Program-made: the position numbers and the translations under genes
The notes under the pieces: generated by a model
Told to the model about the DNA's origin: nothing
What the model saw: the letters and a program-made list of their open reading frames with translations, nothing else
The model's database searches: none
In this document: in pieces, positions 31,040-40,665 of the stretch
How the letters are laid out: each line of letters starts with the position of its first letter
Position numbering within the stretch: the stretch's first letter is position 1
Virus record (IMG/VR): IMGVR_UViG_3300045988_054096
Location: 55,944-119,943 of that record
Direction: 5' to 3' (one strand)
DNA length: 64,000 nt
Origin: a virus

Positions 31040-32956
31040 TTACTTCACTTCTTCAAACGTTTCAGGCTTCTCCTCTGACTCTGGCTTTGTCTCGATAGCC
31101 TTCTTGCCAAACATATCCTTGAAGGTCTCCTTCAAAGGAATGCTACGGAGCAGATCCAATGCAGGATTCAAGTTCTCGGCAGTCTTAGCCATGAAGTTAC
31201 CTGCGGTATTCTCGTTACCATACACAGTAACCTCACCAAGATGAACGTGTTCAAACATCTGAGCAGATGCTTCGGCAATACCCTTAAGCTGATCAACAGT
31301 CTTATACTGTACAATCATCTGCGGAGTCATACCACACTCAATCATCTTCTCAACTGCCTTAGCAGGAGCTAACTCAATTGCAGTAATCTTATCAGCTTCA
31401 GCCATAAGAGATGCTCTCTTACCTTCTGCCTCAGCTAACAGTTTCTTCTTGGTACCTTCAGCCTCTGCCTCCATGATTTGCTGAGTAGCTTGAGCTTTCG
31501 CTTCGGCTTCCTTAGTAATCTTAGCTGCTTCCGCTTCTGCTTCCAAGATGGCCTTCTGCTTGATTGCCTCTGCCTCAATTGTAACTTGTTCCTTCTTCTT
31601 CTGAGCAGGAACAATTACTTCGGCGTGCAATTTTGCTTCAGTTGCCTTAGCTGCAACCTCATTAACTTCAACTTGCTTTTCCTCACGAGTCTTAGCAACT
31701 TCCATTTCTGCATTGACCTTAGATACACCTGCTACACGCTGTGCTTCTGCCTCAGCCTTAGCAGCTTCTCCCTTAGCCTTAGATACTTCAATGGTTGCTG
31801 TCTGTTCAGCTACGCCAGCTTGCTTGTCAGCCTCAGCCGCACGCTGTCTCTTCAGAGATTCATACTCTGCAACCTTAGCTTCCTGCTCATTGATAGCCTT
31901 CTGAGTTTCTGCTTCCTGCTCTTGCTCGGCTTTAGCCATACGAATTTGCTTCTGAGCCTCTGCCTCTGCTTGAGCTGAAGCTGCTTCTGCTTCAGATTTA
32001 GCTACAGATGCTACTGCTTCTGCCTTACGAGCTGCTGTAGCTGCTTCTGCTTCAGCCTGTGCCTTAGCTACATTAGCTGCCTTCTCAGCCTGCTGATTTG
32101 CTACACCAGATTCCTTAACCTTGTCAGCTTCTGCCAACTTGATTTCCTTCTCCTGGTTAATTTCAGCTACACGTACCTCTTGCTGTTGCTTAGTTTCAGC
32201 TACCTGAGTGGCTCTTTCCTTCTCTGCATTTGCTACAGCAATTTGACGCTCCTTCTCAGTATCTGCGATCTGGATGTCTCCTTTCTTCTTCTCTTCAGCA
32301 ATGTCAGCAAGTGCCTGAGCTTCTGCCTTAGTAGCAGCTTTCTTACCAAGATTTCTGATGTAGTTTGCATCATCAGTAATATCAGCATTGTTGATATTGA
32401 TGATACTGAAACCAACCTTGTTCAACTCAGTTTCAATATTCTCTTTAGCTTTGCCCAAGAACTTAACACGGTCAGCATTGATTTCTTCAATAGTCATTGT
32501 AGCCATCAGACTTCTTACCTCACCAATAAGAATATCCTTGATTTGGTCAGAAATTTCTTGTGGACTTGACGTTAAGAATCTACTTGCTGCATTCTGCATA
32601 AGAGTGTCAGTAGTTCCAATACCAGTCGTTAAAGTCACAGGAATAGTAACCTTAATCATCTGACTAGAAACTCCTGCTACAGATGCCTGAATTTGAATAG
32701 GTTTAAGAGACATCTTCCTCCAATCCTGGATCACAGGGAATACAAATGTACCTCCACCATGAATAATCTTGGAAGGAAGAATCACAGTTTCACTCTTCCC
32801 AGTAGTGGGATTGGTTACTGACTTCTTGCCAGCTTTACCAAACACTACTAAGATTTCATCACTTGCGCAACGACGATAGCGCGACATCAGACTAATAAGG
32901 GTCAAGATCACGAGAACTACTATAATTCCCGCGATAATTAAACTTGAAGTAAGCAT
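31040..32956 (-). CDS. flotillin-like protein (SPFH/band-7 domain with long Ala/Glu/Lys-rich coiled coil)
   Basis: 638 aa; N-terminal TM, SPFH domain, extended AEAEA/KAEAEA coiled-coil repeats (source of spurious plus-strand shadow ORFs). Confidence 0.55.
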   Translation of the reverse strand: MLTSSLIIAGIIVVLVILTLISLMSRYRRCASDEILVVFGKAGKKSVTNPTTGKSETVILPSKIIHGGGTFVFPVIQDWRKMSLKPIQIQASVAGVSSQMIKVTIPVTLTTGIGTTDTLMQNAASRFLTSSPQEISDQIKDILIGEVRSLMATMTIEEINADRVKFLGKAKENIETELNKVGFSIININNADITDDANYIRNLGKKAATKAEAQALADIAEEKKKGDIQIADTEKERQIAVANAEKERATQVAETKQQQEVRVAEINQEKEIKLAEADKVKESGVANQQAEKAANVAKAQAEAEAATAARKAEAVASVAKSEAEAASAQAEAEAQKQIRMAKAEQEQEAETQKAINEQEAKVAEYESLKRQRAAEADKQAGVAEQTATIEVSKAKGEAAKAEAEAQRVAGVSKVNAEMEVAKTREEKQVEVNEVAAKATEAKLHAEVIVPAQKKKEQVTIEAEAIKQKAILEAEAEAAKITKEAEAKAQATQQIMEAEAEGTKKKLLAEAEGKRASLMAEADKITAIELAPAKAVEKMIECGMTPQMIVQYKTVDQLKGIAEASAQMFEHVHLGEVTVYGNENTAGNFMAKTAENLNPALDLLRSIPLKETFKDMFGKKAIETKPESEEKPETFEEVK

Positions 32957-32972
32957 TAATTAAAAAATTATT

Positions 32973-33470
32973 TTAAGAAATGTAATAAATTCCATCCTTG
33001 TAAGAGGTTATTTTTAGGATTTCTCCAGGCTGTACCTCTCTATCAGCCTTACAGATTATTTCTATATAATCAGGGTTGCAAATAACACAGCTACATAGTC
33101 CATTCTCAAGAGGACAATAAATAGTTACTGACCTCCCCACTAACTCATCGCCTTCTTTCCTAGTAGGTTCTGAATTAAACTTCATACATAGTTTATAGAC
33201 TAGATATAGAATAAACATAAGAGCAATACCAGCAACACAGGCTATAGCAATCGTAATTGCAGTGACTTTACCTATAACCATGAGCCACCCAGAAAATCCC
33301 ATAGCAAAGTGAATCAGTCCCTTAAATGACAGAAGATCACTAACACTGAAATCAACGTTTCCATCAAAGTCCACGTCAAGGTCAGTATCAGAGATTCCAA
33401 GATTAGATAAGATAAACTGAACGATAAATATGCCATAGGATATTATACCCAAGATGTAATACCATTCCAT
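32973..33470 (-). CDS. NfeD-like membrane protein (partner of flotillin)
   Basis: 165 aa; multiple TM helices then C-terminal beta-rich domain; immediately upstream of flotillin as in yqiJ-yqiK pairs. Confidence 0.35.
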   Translation of the reverse strand: MEWYYILGIISYGIFIVQFILSNLGISDTDLDVDFDGNVDFSVSDLLSFKGLIHFAMGFSGWLMVIGKVTAITIAIACVAGIALMFILYLVYKLCMKFNSEPTRKEGDELVGRSVTIYCPLENGLCSCVICNPDYIEIICKADREVQPGEILKITSYKDGIYYIS

Positions 33471-33473
33471 AGA

Positions 33474-33818
33474 TCAAAAGGTTAAATTATTAGGAAACAA
33501 CTCATTCTCGAAATCGACATCATTCCCTATATAATCGCCATTAGCAGACTGATTAGCAACAAGAGCTCTCAGTCTTACTGTACCCATGAATACAGACTTG
33601 GCAATAGGTTCTGGATAAACCCTTTTAAGAAGAGTCTGGATATTTATACGGCTATCTATATAATTACTGAAATCTTCTGCATACATTAAAATAGCATTGA
33701 AGATATATAGCCACAATTCAATCTTCTTAAAATTATAGGTAGGACGAAGCAGTCTAAATTCAATAGTCTTGTTTACTTTGTAACAGATAAGGTTGATGAA
33801 GTTTACCCAATAATACAA
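33474..33818 (-). CDS. hypothetical protein (TTG start in track; true start uncertain)
   Basis: 114 aa ORF. Confidence 0.25.
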   Translation of the reverse strand: MYYWVNFINLICYKVNKTIEFRLLRPTYNFKKIELWLYIFNAILMYAEDFSNYIDSRINIQTLLKRVYPEPIAKSVFMGTVRLRALVANQSANGDYIGNDVDFENELFPNNLTF

Positions 33819-33984
33819 ATGTTATAGCAAGTTCTTTATCTTGCATCCTAGAGTTTCCCCTAGGTATCGGACTATATCATCATCTACATGAGATGTTGGG
33901 CGCTCGTGGGCACATTATATTCTCCTAATAGAGTTTCAGTGCCTAGTCTCTGAACCTTCTAGAGTTGTTAAGCTCTAGCTCGGC

Positions 33985-34461
33985 TTAGGATTGCCTTGTA
34001 AAATCAGCAACTTTGCAACATAAATTTTTGAAATCAGAGTCGGATAATCCATTTTTCATGATATTAATGGGTTTGTATACCCACTGTACATTTCCAATTT
34101 CATATCCTTTGTCAGAATCAATTCTATCAACTGAAGCATTGGATTCCCCTTTCGGAGTATCTACTACTTGTAGGTCTATACCTGTATAAGCACATTTGAA
34201 GTTTTGCTTCTGCAATACTTTATATAGATCTTCCAAGGTCACACTACAATCAATAATTTTACCTCCACGAATAAGATTATCTTTTATAGAGGATAACCAT
34301 ACAACATGCATTCCGTTTTCATCAAAATAGCCTCTGGACTTTCGCTTATCTGGATAATTATTTTTCCTTCCACACTTTCTACAACATTTAAATTGCATTT
34401 TCTCTAGTTCTGAAAGGCGTTTATAATCAATATTTCCACATCTGCATTGAAATTTTACCAT
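33985..34461 (-). CDS. HNH endonuclease
   Basis: 158 aa; N-terminal Cys cluster, C-terminal ASVDRIDSDKGYEIGNVQWV HNH motif. Confidence 0.5.
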   Translation of the reverse strand: MVKFQCRCGNIDYKRLSELEKMQFKCCRKCGRKNNYPDKRKSRGYFDENGMHVVWLSSIKDNLIRGGKIIDCSVTLEDLYKVLQKQNFKCAYTGIDLQVVDTPKGESNASVDRIDSDKGYEIGNVQWVYKPINIMKNGLSDSDFKNLCCKVADFTRQS

Positions 34462-34652
34462 ATATCTATCTTGATGTTTAACAAAATCATCCTCTAAAAT
34501 GGTGATAGCATCTATCCCCTATAATAGGGATATTTTTGATAACTTCCTCGTTTTAATTCTGTATTTTTCATATTACAAATATACTAATTTTATTTAGGTT
34601 TCCCTAAATTCACCCAATTTATTTTTCTAATTGTCTCCAATTAGCCACGCCA

Positions 34653-35549
34653 TTACTTTCGACGTGTAGGTATTCTCCATTTAGCTCTCCTCTCAACGTC
34701 ATTAGGATGAGTGAGATCGCCAAGGAAGGGTCTTCCCACAAGATCCTTGTACATCTGACCAAAGTCACGATATGGTCTCAACTTTGAGCAATAATCCTTT
34801 CCATTAGCTTTGTATTCAGAACTTCTAAAGGTTAATGGTGGGACTAGTTGAGAAATGTCCTTTTCCAATAACCTGCAAAGCGCTTGAGCTCTGATAATTG
34901 CATTGGGATCCAATGGAAACCCTCCAAGGTGGATATGTAGAGAACACTCCTTGTTAAAAGCAGTATACTCTTTTAAACTCTTCAATTCTTGTTTTAGAAG
35001 AGACAATCCATCATTACCATTAAGGACAACCGTAGAGTACTCTAATCCGGAGATTGATCCATCTCGCAAAGGAATTAGTCCGTCCCTGAAACAAATATCC
35101 TCTGGTATGTATCCCATAGAAGTTTCAAATTCTAACCCAAATGTATACTTCAGGTACTTAGACAGAGTGTATTCAGTATCCTTATCAAGCACCCTCTGTT
35201 TTCCATCGAAAAGGCAAAAGCTTTCAACAGCTTCATATCTTTTATCAAAGGAATACGGAAACCCTCCTTGTCCTTTTACATTTGTCTCATAAACAAGAGC
35301 TTCTTCTGGAAAATCAATAGTAGATATGTATATGCCTTTACTCTGACTATACACTAAGTGATCTTTCAAGAGCTCTTTATCTCCCCTAAAGACTTCCGTT
35401 CCACTAGAAGTTTCAATCATAACATCTACCACAGTCTCTCGTCTACTAGAATAACCCAATACGACCAGCCCGGGAAGATGTTTCACTACAACACGTTCAC
35501 ATTCTGAAAGTGGTAGAAATTGTTTAGTTATTTCATCAAAGACTTGCAT
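34653..35549 (-). CDS. amidoligase (glutamine-synthetase-like COOH-NH2 ligase, Pfam Amidoligase_2-like)
   Basis: 298 aa; FGLEFE...RDGSISGLEY...CSLHIHLGG signature. Confidence 0.55.
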   Translation of the reverse strand: MQVFDEITKQFLPLSECERVVVKHLPGLVVLGYSSRRETVVDVMIETSSGTEVFRGDKELLKDHLVYSQSKGIYISTIDFPEEALVYETNVKGQGGFPYSFDKRYEAVESFCLFDGKQRVLDKDTEYTLSKYLKYTFGLEFETSMGYIPEDICFRDGLIPLRDGSISGLEYSTVVLNGNDGLSLLKQELKSLKEYTAFNKECSLHIHLGGFPLDPNAIIRAQALCRLLEKDISQLVPPLTFRSSEYKANGKDYCSKLRPYRDFGQMYKDLVGRPFLGDLTHPNDVERRAKWRIPTRRK

Positions 35550-36871
35550 TCTTCTCGTATGGTTTTGAAATTAAGTTCTAGTTTGTCCTGAAACTTAGAC
35601 TCCAATGGTTCAGTATCTCTACGATAACTTGTTGATTGTCTCATTCCAGAACAAAATTGAGTGGTAGTTACAGATGTTAGCTGTTGAAGTGTACCTGTAA
35701 ATAGAATAGATCCAGTAGGAGAAATGGTCTTATACCATAGATCTCCTCGACAGAAAACTCCATCAACACTAAGGTACCTAATCACATTCTCAAATTTCCT
35801 GCTAAACTTGCTTTCAGACAATCTAGTTTCTTTCCTAAGTCTCGTTAAGAACTTAAAGCAGTTACTATTCTTCATAGCAACTCCATTAAAGAACCAGATG
35901 TCTATTCCTCTTTTTTGTTTAGATTCAACACGACCAAATCTATTGACACACAGCTTGCCATGGATACGTTTCCCTTTATAGGAATAGGTATTATCTAACA
36001 AATTGCAGCTAAGATAATTGTCATAAACAAAAGTGTCATCAGAATAATCATAGTCATCCCACTTTCCGAGATAGTCCCTGCTGTATGGAAAGGCATTGTA
36101 TGTTGGAACTACTGCTACTTCTTTAGTTTGGATACATTTCTCTCTACTATACTCCTTAATAGTTACTAGAGCAGATCCACTAAACTCTAGAAGCTCATTG
36201 CTCCGAACTGAATACGTTGTACAATCTTTCCTCAATGCAAGCAGATAGATTCCAATAGAAGAGAATACTAACTCCCTTTTGGCTTTGTCTATGCAGAAAT
36301 ACAATGGACGCTCTACCTCCGCTTCCTTGGAATAGGTATGCTTTTTAGAAGCTCCCTTAAACAGAAGTACTCTTGGAGAAATTCCTCGATAATCAACAAT
36401 AGCGAACGCTGACCCTCCATTATATTCATCGAGTACATCATAACCAGCGTAATAAAAGATTCTAGCCATGACCTGAGAATCAGTTAATCCAGTAATGTCA
36501 ATATCAGGAATATACTTCTCAGCAAGTTCCTTGTAGTTGTAGATAGTTCCATTGTGGATTACTACAAACTTTACAACCCCACCTTCGGTTAAGACAACTG
36601 GTTGAGCTGTCTCCTTAGATATTACCCCAACAGAGGCTTTTCTACAGTGCAAGAGAGCTATTCTAGCTGTCTTAACATTGTTCAAAAAGTCACTATCCGG
36701 AAAATAGTTAGCGAACAATTTAGTCTTGTCAACACCATAATCACATTTACCGTCTATAAAGACACCACAAGAGTCTCCACCTCGGGCATCATTAGCAATG
36801 CCCAAGGTACAAAACGTAGAATAATCAAACTCCCTCGGAGTTTGATTAATAATTCCAGCAATTCCACACAT
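35528..36871 (-). CDS. class II (Ntn) glutamine amidotransferase
   Basis: 447 aa beginning MCGIAGI (N-terminal nucleophile Cys2); overlaps neighbours. Confidence 0.65.
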   Translation of the reverse strand: MCGIAGIINQTPREFDYSTFCTLGIANDARGGDSCGVFIDGKCDYGVDKTKLFANYFPDSDFLNNVKTARIALLHCRKASVGVISKETAQPVVLTEGGVVKFVVIHNGTIYNYKELAEKYIPDIDITGLTDSQVMARIFYYAGYDVLDEYNGGSAFAIVDYRGISPRVLLFKGASKKHTYSKEAEVERPLYFCIDKAKRELVFSSIGIYLLALRKDCTTYSVRSNELLEFSGSALVTIKEYSREKCIQTKEVAVVPTYNAFPYSRDYLGKWDDYDYSDDTFVYDNYLSCNLLDNTYSYKGKRIHGKLCVNRFGRVESKQKRGIDIWFFNGVAMKNSNCFKFLTRLRKETRLSESKFSRKFENVIRYLSVDGVFCRGDLWYKTISPTGSILFTGTLQQLTSVTTTQFCSGMRQSTSYRRDTEPLESKFQDKLELNFKTIREECKSLMK

Positions 36872-36874
36872 AGG

Positions 36875-37660
36875 TTATATGATGTTATACTCAGAGATAA
36901 CTCTCTTAGCAAGTTCTAAATCACTATTGTTTATTACACTACAAGCAATCGCAGGACTTATGAGAGTACTTCCTTTAGAGCAGTGGTATATTGCTTTTGA
37001 AAGCTGGTCCCATACAAAGTTCAAAGTTTCTACATCCTTCATCATAGCACCGCTCAATACCCTATACTCTACACCATATGGAGTGAGTCTAAAACATCCT
37101 GCCTTACCATACAAAGAACGTCTTCTCTTATCCCTATCCCTCACAACAGATGGAATGCCAAGATACATATCTAAGTACTTAACCAATGCTACAGATGTGT
37201 CAATGTTGTTATTAGCATACCCAATGTGGAAGCCACAGCTCCTGAGGTTAGTTTTGTTTCCTTCTGGTTTAGGATTAGCCTCTTCTGTATAAGCATTGTA
37301 GTCTACATCACATCCAAAGAGTTTAGCCTGAGGACTTCTCAATTGACTAGCGTCTACCGTTTTCGATGCTGCACAGAGTATTCCGAGATCGGGATTAATG
37401 TTCTTAACAAATTTATCAATATATGCCTTCATATACTCAATGTTGTTTATGAAGGATATCCTATCATTAACAGGAGGTATATTAAACTCCGCTACGATGT
37501 TGTCGGTTTCCAACCCAAATCCACTCGGCATATCTGCTGCTACATAAGGATTTCCCTTCTCTCCAGGGATCAATCCAATAGAAGACACAACCTTCTTTGT
37601 TTTCTCATTTATGATAAACAATTCAGGATCTGCTCCTATAGTTATATTATTTATTCTCAT
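36875..37660 (-). CDS. second amidoligase-like / COOH-NH2 ligase-like protein
   Basis: 261 aa; GADPELF...SCGFHIGY...GVEYRVL resemble ligase motifs; weak. Confidence 0.3.
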   Translation of the reverse strand: MRINNITIGADPELFIINEKTKKVVSSIGLIPGEKGNPYVAADMPSGFGLETDNIVAEFNIPPVNDRISFINNIEYMKAYIDKFVKNINPDLGILCAASKTVDASQLRSPQAKLFGCDVDYNAYTEEANPKPEGNKTNLRSCGFHIGYANNNIDTSVALVKYLDMYLGIPSVVRDRDKRRRSLYGKAGCFRLTPYGVEYRVLSGAMMKDVETLNFVWDQLSKAIYHCSKGSTLISPAIACSVINNSDLELAKRVISEYNII

Positions 37661-38367
37661 CTACTAAACGTTTTACAAGATCACTAATCATTTTTGCGAC
37701 AGGAGAGTCCGGTATCATCTCTGGATGTCCTTGTACTGCAAGGCACTTAGGGAAACCCTCTTTGTGATATAGAACAATTTCAGGTTCTCCGTTCTTTATA
37801 ATGGTATCCTGGTCTATTTTTTCTCCTACATACTCATGAGATCTTCTCTGTTGTAAACAACACATCATAATCTACCCTATTCAGATTATAGGGATACTGC
37901 ATTTGATGATGTGTTGATGTAATCTGATATAGTGTATCGCCATCACTAATCTCGTGCGTATATCCTATGGCATGATTCCAACAATGCTGCACAAGAATAC
38001 CACCGTTCATAACACACAAGAATTGAGAACCTCGGCATATTCCCAAACACAATTGTGTAGGTTTGACTGACTCGAAGATTTTCTTTTCAGCAAGGTCACG
38101 CTTCTTATTACTGTGAGTATATCGATCCCTCTCACATCCATACTCTTAGGCATGAATGGAAGATTCGAAGTGTAAATTACAAATTTTACCATTCTTAGGA
38201 GTATAGTTGCTATCCATTGGTTCTGTTAAATAGAACAGATCGACTTCTTTCCAAGTAGCCATCACTAGCTTTTCACCAGGAGGTAATTCTATAGTTAGAG
38301 TACCTCCAAACTGTCTTGCTCTCTGATTTTCAGTACATGAAAAAAAGCGTTGGAAGCAATCCCGCAA
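37647..38367 (-). pseudogene. class I glutamine amidotransferase-like / peptidase C26 (gamma-glutamyl hydrolase-like), disrupted by in-frame TAA (38148-38150) and a frameshift near 37860
   Basis: fragments in track (73, 72, 73 aa) join as ...ESSIHA*EYGCERDRYTHSNKKRDLAEKKIFESVKPTQLCLGICRGSQFLCVMNGGILVQH...HHQ... then shifted ...GEPEIVLYHKEGFPKCLAVQGHPE; conserved GICRG(S/M)Q Cys and HPE His present. Confidence 0.45.
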
Positions 38368-38404
38368 CCAACGCTACAATTAACAATCTTTTCCTCATAA
38401 ATAT

Positions 38405-38478
38405 TAAAAGTTTGCACGGGCTGAAGGACTTGAACCCCCGACATTCGGTTTTGGAGACCGACGTTCTAACCAACTGAA
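38405..38478 (-). tRNA. tRNA-Trp (anticodon CCA)
   Basis: GCGGGCTTAGTTCAGTTGGTTAGAAC...loop CTCCAAA...GGGGGTTCAAGTCCTTCAGCCCGT. Confidence 0.65.
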
Positions 38479-38683
38479 CTAAGCCCGCATGAAGCTGGGG
38501 TTTACTTTTACTTCTAACCCCAGCTGTAAAAGAAGGTCGCTACGCCTGACCCACACCCGACGTAGCCTAGGCAATAAAGATACGCTTAATACAAGGGCTA
38601 AACTTACATGTTATTAATAGACTCTAATAACAAAGCCTCGGTGTTACGTTGTACTCACTTGTGCACCAGCAGTACTTCCTATG

Positions 38684-38790
38684 CGGAGGTGGCAGGACTC
38701 GAACCCGCACGCCGTGTTACCGACTACTGGTGGTTTTCCTACTACTCATATGAGTAGCTCGACTATCTCTTTACCATATCATTACTGACT
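38684..38790 (-). other. tRNA-like 3' module (T-arm GCGGGTTCGAGTCCTGC + acceptor-like CACCTCCGCA) preceded by a 16-nt perfect hairpin; no matching 5' acceptor found
   Basis: seen on minus strand; could be a fourth permuted Y-RNA-like element or a tRNA remnant. Confidence 0.2.
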
Positions 38791-38882
38791 TAGGTAGCTG
38801 GTGTATAGTCTGTACACATTTAGGAATTAATTCCACTTAGCTCGGGATTATTATCATTTATAGGGCTGATACCTTCCCCGAA

Positions 38883-39327
38883 TTAGCCAGCTTCTACTTC
38901 AGAAGTTTCCTCCTGAGCACTCGTACCCCAATCTAATGTTACTATATATTTATCCCACTTGTCTGTTAACGTAAGAGTATTCTTAACATTAATAATACTT
39001 GTAGGAATTTCATACATAGTTCCTTCTACCGTCACTATAAATAGTACATCACAACTAGTATTGTCAAATGGTCTAGTTTTAGAAGTTCCAGAAGAACCTC
39101 CACAATTCTTCAATAGGACCTCATAGTTTCCAGATTCTTTTCTAAACTAAGTTGTTTTTACAGATACTCGTAGTAACTTTCCATCTTTATCCACTACTAA
39201 ATCGTATTTTTGGGTATCGTTAAGTGGCAGTAATACAGGAATACAATTAGCAGTATAATATGCTATTGCTCTTCCTAGTCCCACATTACCCTAATGTGAT
39301 TTGTAATTAGATGTCCAAGGATTCATA
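38883..39327 (-). CDS. hypothetical protein, TAG-recoded (2 in-frame TAG)
   Basis: ATG at 39325-39327; MNPWTSNYKSH*GNVGLGRAIAYYTANCIPVLLPLNDTQKYDLVVDKDGKLLRVSVKTT*FRKESGNYEVLLKNCGGSSG... continuous into track ORF 38883..39113; TAA stop. Confidence 0.5.
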
Positions 39328-39376
39328 ACACTAAATTTTTTTTTTAATTTCAAGACCACTCCCTTACCAATTAGGG

Positions 39377-39655
39377 TTACACCTCCAGCTTTAGTACTGA
39401 CTTATTCCACCAGTCTGTTAAGTCTTTAAAAGTAAATCCAAATTCATCTTCAAATTTTTCTTCTGGGACAGATTCAACATTTAGGTTTACTGCCCAGTGC
39501 CAACAAGCCCTCATTTCTTCTTCGTCTATAGGCTTTTCACACAACCATGTATCATCTAGAACCATGTCTAGAAAGACTTCATGTAATTGTTTAAATACAT
39601 TTATTTTCTCAATAGTTTCCATAAGCGGAGAGGCTGGGTTCCGACCCCAATGCAC
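39377..39655 (-). CDS. hypothetical protein
   Basis: 92 aa ORF. Confidence 0.3.
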   Translation of the reverse strand: MHWGRNPASPLMETIEKINVFKQLHEVFLDMVLDDTWLCEKPIDEEEMRACWHWAVNLNVESVPEEKFEDEFGFTFKDLTDWWNKSVLKLEV

Positions 39656-39712
39656 CGAAATGCACGATCAGATTAGCAGTCTGTCCTTGCTCCATTGCAA
39701 GTTGCTCTCTCC
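39626..39712 (-). tRNA. tRNA-Ser-like (anticodon GCU), type II, non-canonical T-loop
   Basis: GGAGAGAGCAACTTGCAATGGAGCAAG...loop CTGCTAA...long variable hairpin GTGCATTTCGGTGCAT...GGGGTCGGAACCC...CCTCTCC. Confidence 0.45.
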
Positions 39713-39742
39713 AAAAGGTCTGGGTTAATCCAGACCACAAAT

Positions 39743-39973
39743 TTACTGCTTAGCTATATGTGCGACAGTAGCAAGATAAGCCTGTTCAAAGAACTTGCGG
39801 ACTTCCGGGTTGTCTACCATAACTCGTGCAAGCAAGTTACAGAGATCCTCTCCAGTACCAGCAATCATAGTAGAAGTTACTTCACCATTATCTACTACGC
39901 AGAACACGCTTTCAACCTTCGGTTGGCTAGAAAATAATTCAATGCCAGCCTTTTTCAAATCTTTTTCTTTCAT
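39743..39973 (-). CDS. hypothetical protein
   Basis: 76 aa ORF. Confidence 0.3.
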   Translation of the reverse strand: MKEKDLKKAGIELFSSQPKVESVFCVVDNGEVTSTMIAGTGEDLCNLLARVMVDNPEVRKFFEQAYLATVAHIAKQ

Positions 39974-40003
39974 TTTATCTATATTAAAGTGTTAAAGTAC
40001 TTG

Positions 40004-40077
40004 GGTGTTGTACTGGACTCGAACCAGTGACTACAAGTGCCACAAACTTGCGTTCTACCAACTGAACTAATAACACC
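40004..40077 (-). tRNA. tRNA-His (anticodon GUG) with encoded G-1
   Basis: G-GTGTTATTAGTTCAGTTGGTAGAAC...loop TTGTGGC...ACTGGTTCGAGTCCAGTACAACAC-C; extra 5' G pairs with C73. Confidence 0.65.
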
Positions 40078-40083
40078 ATGTGG

Positions 40084-40158
40084 AGGCTAGAGTCAGATTC
40101 GAACTGACGAAACACCGGTTTTGCAGACCGTGGGATTAGACCACTCTCCCATCTAGCC
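40084..40158 (-). tRNA. tRNA-Cys (anticodon GCA), CCA encoded
   Basis: GGCTAGATGGGAGAGTGGTCTAATCCC...loop CTGCAAA...GTCAGTTCGAATCTGACTCTAGCCTCCA. Confidence 0.65.
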
Positions 40159-40209
40159 AATTACAGAGTACAATTTCTAAACATTACAATTTAAAAGATT
40201 GGTGTTTGA

Positions 40210-40238
40210 AATGAGTTGCTGTTTGTACTCTTCTACTA
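40210..40238 (+). promoter_or_regulatory. conserved intergenic motif copy (GAGTTGCTGTTTGTACTCTTCTACTAACG)
   Basis: consensus aaTTGCTGTnnGTnnTCTTaTta; ~57 nt upstream (minus-strand sense) of tRNA-Cys 5' end. Confidence 0.35.
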
Positions 40239-40451
40239 ACGATTTTCTAAACGTAATCACTACGTGTAGTATAGGTTTAAAGATAGTTTAGAATATGCTT
40301 TTGAGCGTGAGCTCCCACCGCCTGAAGCTCTAAGTGTTCTTGGCTCTCAACTCAGATAAGGCTTATCTGTATAGAATCACCGCCTATTCTATATCTAACA
40401 TACTCCCTTATGGACTAACCACTTGGCCTTTTTGAAGTGAAACTATCTTTC

Positions 40452-40646
40452 TTATTCCTTTATGTAAAGCCCACAATGGCATACATCTTTCTCTCTATAA
40501 TCAGAACATGGACAATGTTTATCATAAGATTCATTATGACATGGACATTCCCCATCACAGATATTTATTCTTTTGATAATAGCTTCTGCAATCTTCTGAT
40601 TTACTTTCCATCCTTCCTTACAATTTGCTTTTACCTCCTCTAATGT
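40452..40646 (-). CDS. small Cys-rich (metal-binding-like) protein; track ORF start at 40700 overlaps tmRNA 3' end so internal Met (MTLEEV...) is the likely start
   Basis: CDGECPCH...CPCSD...CHCG pattern. Confidence 0.3.
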   Translation of the reverse strand, partial: TLEEVKANCKEGWKVNQKIAEAIIKRINICDGECPCHNESYDKHCPCSDYREKDVCHCGLYIKE

Positions 40647-40665
40647 CATAACATACAAGTTAAAG

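Noticed and set aside
31478-32663. Several plus-strand ORFs (166, 129, 91 aa) and Ala/Leu/Ser-rich repeats
   Set aside because: They are antisense shadow ORFs of the flotillin coiled-coil repeats on the minus strand; low-complexity AEAEA-coding DNA generates long open frames on the opposite strand.
38148-38150. Possible reassignment of TAA as well as TAG
   Set aside because: TAA terminates most genes in the window, including the recoded ones. A single in-frame TAA inside a gene that also carries a frameshift is more simply a pseudogenising mutation or a sequencing error.
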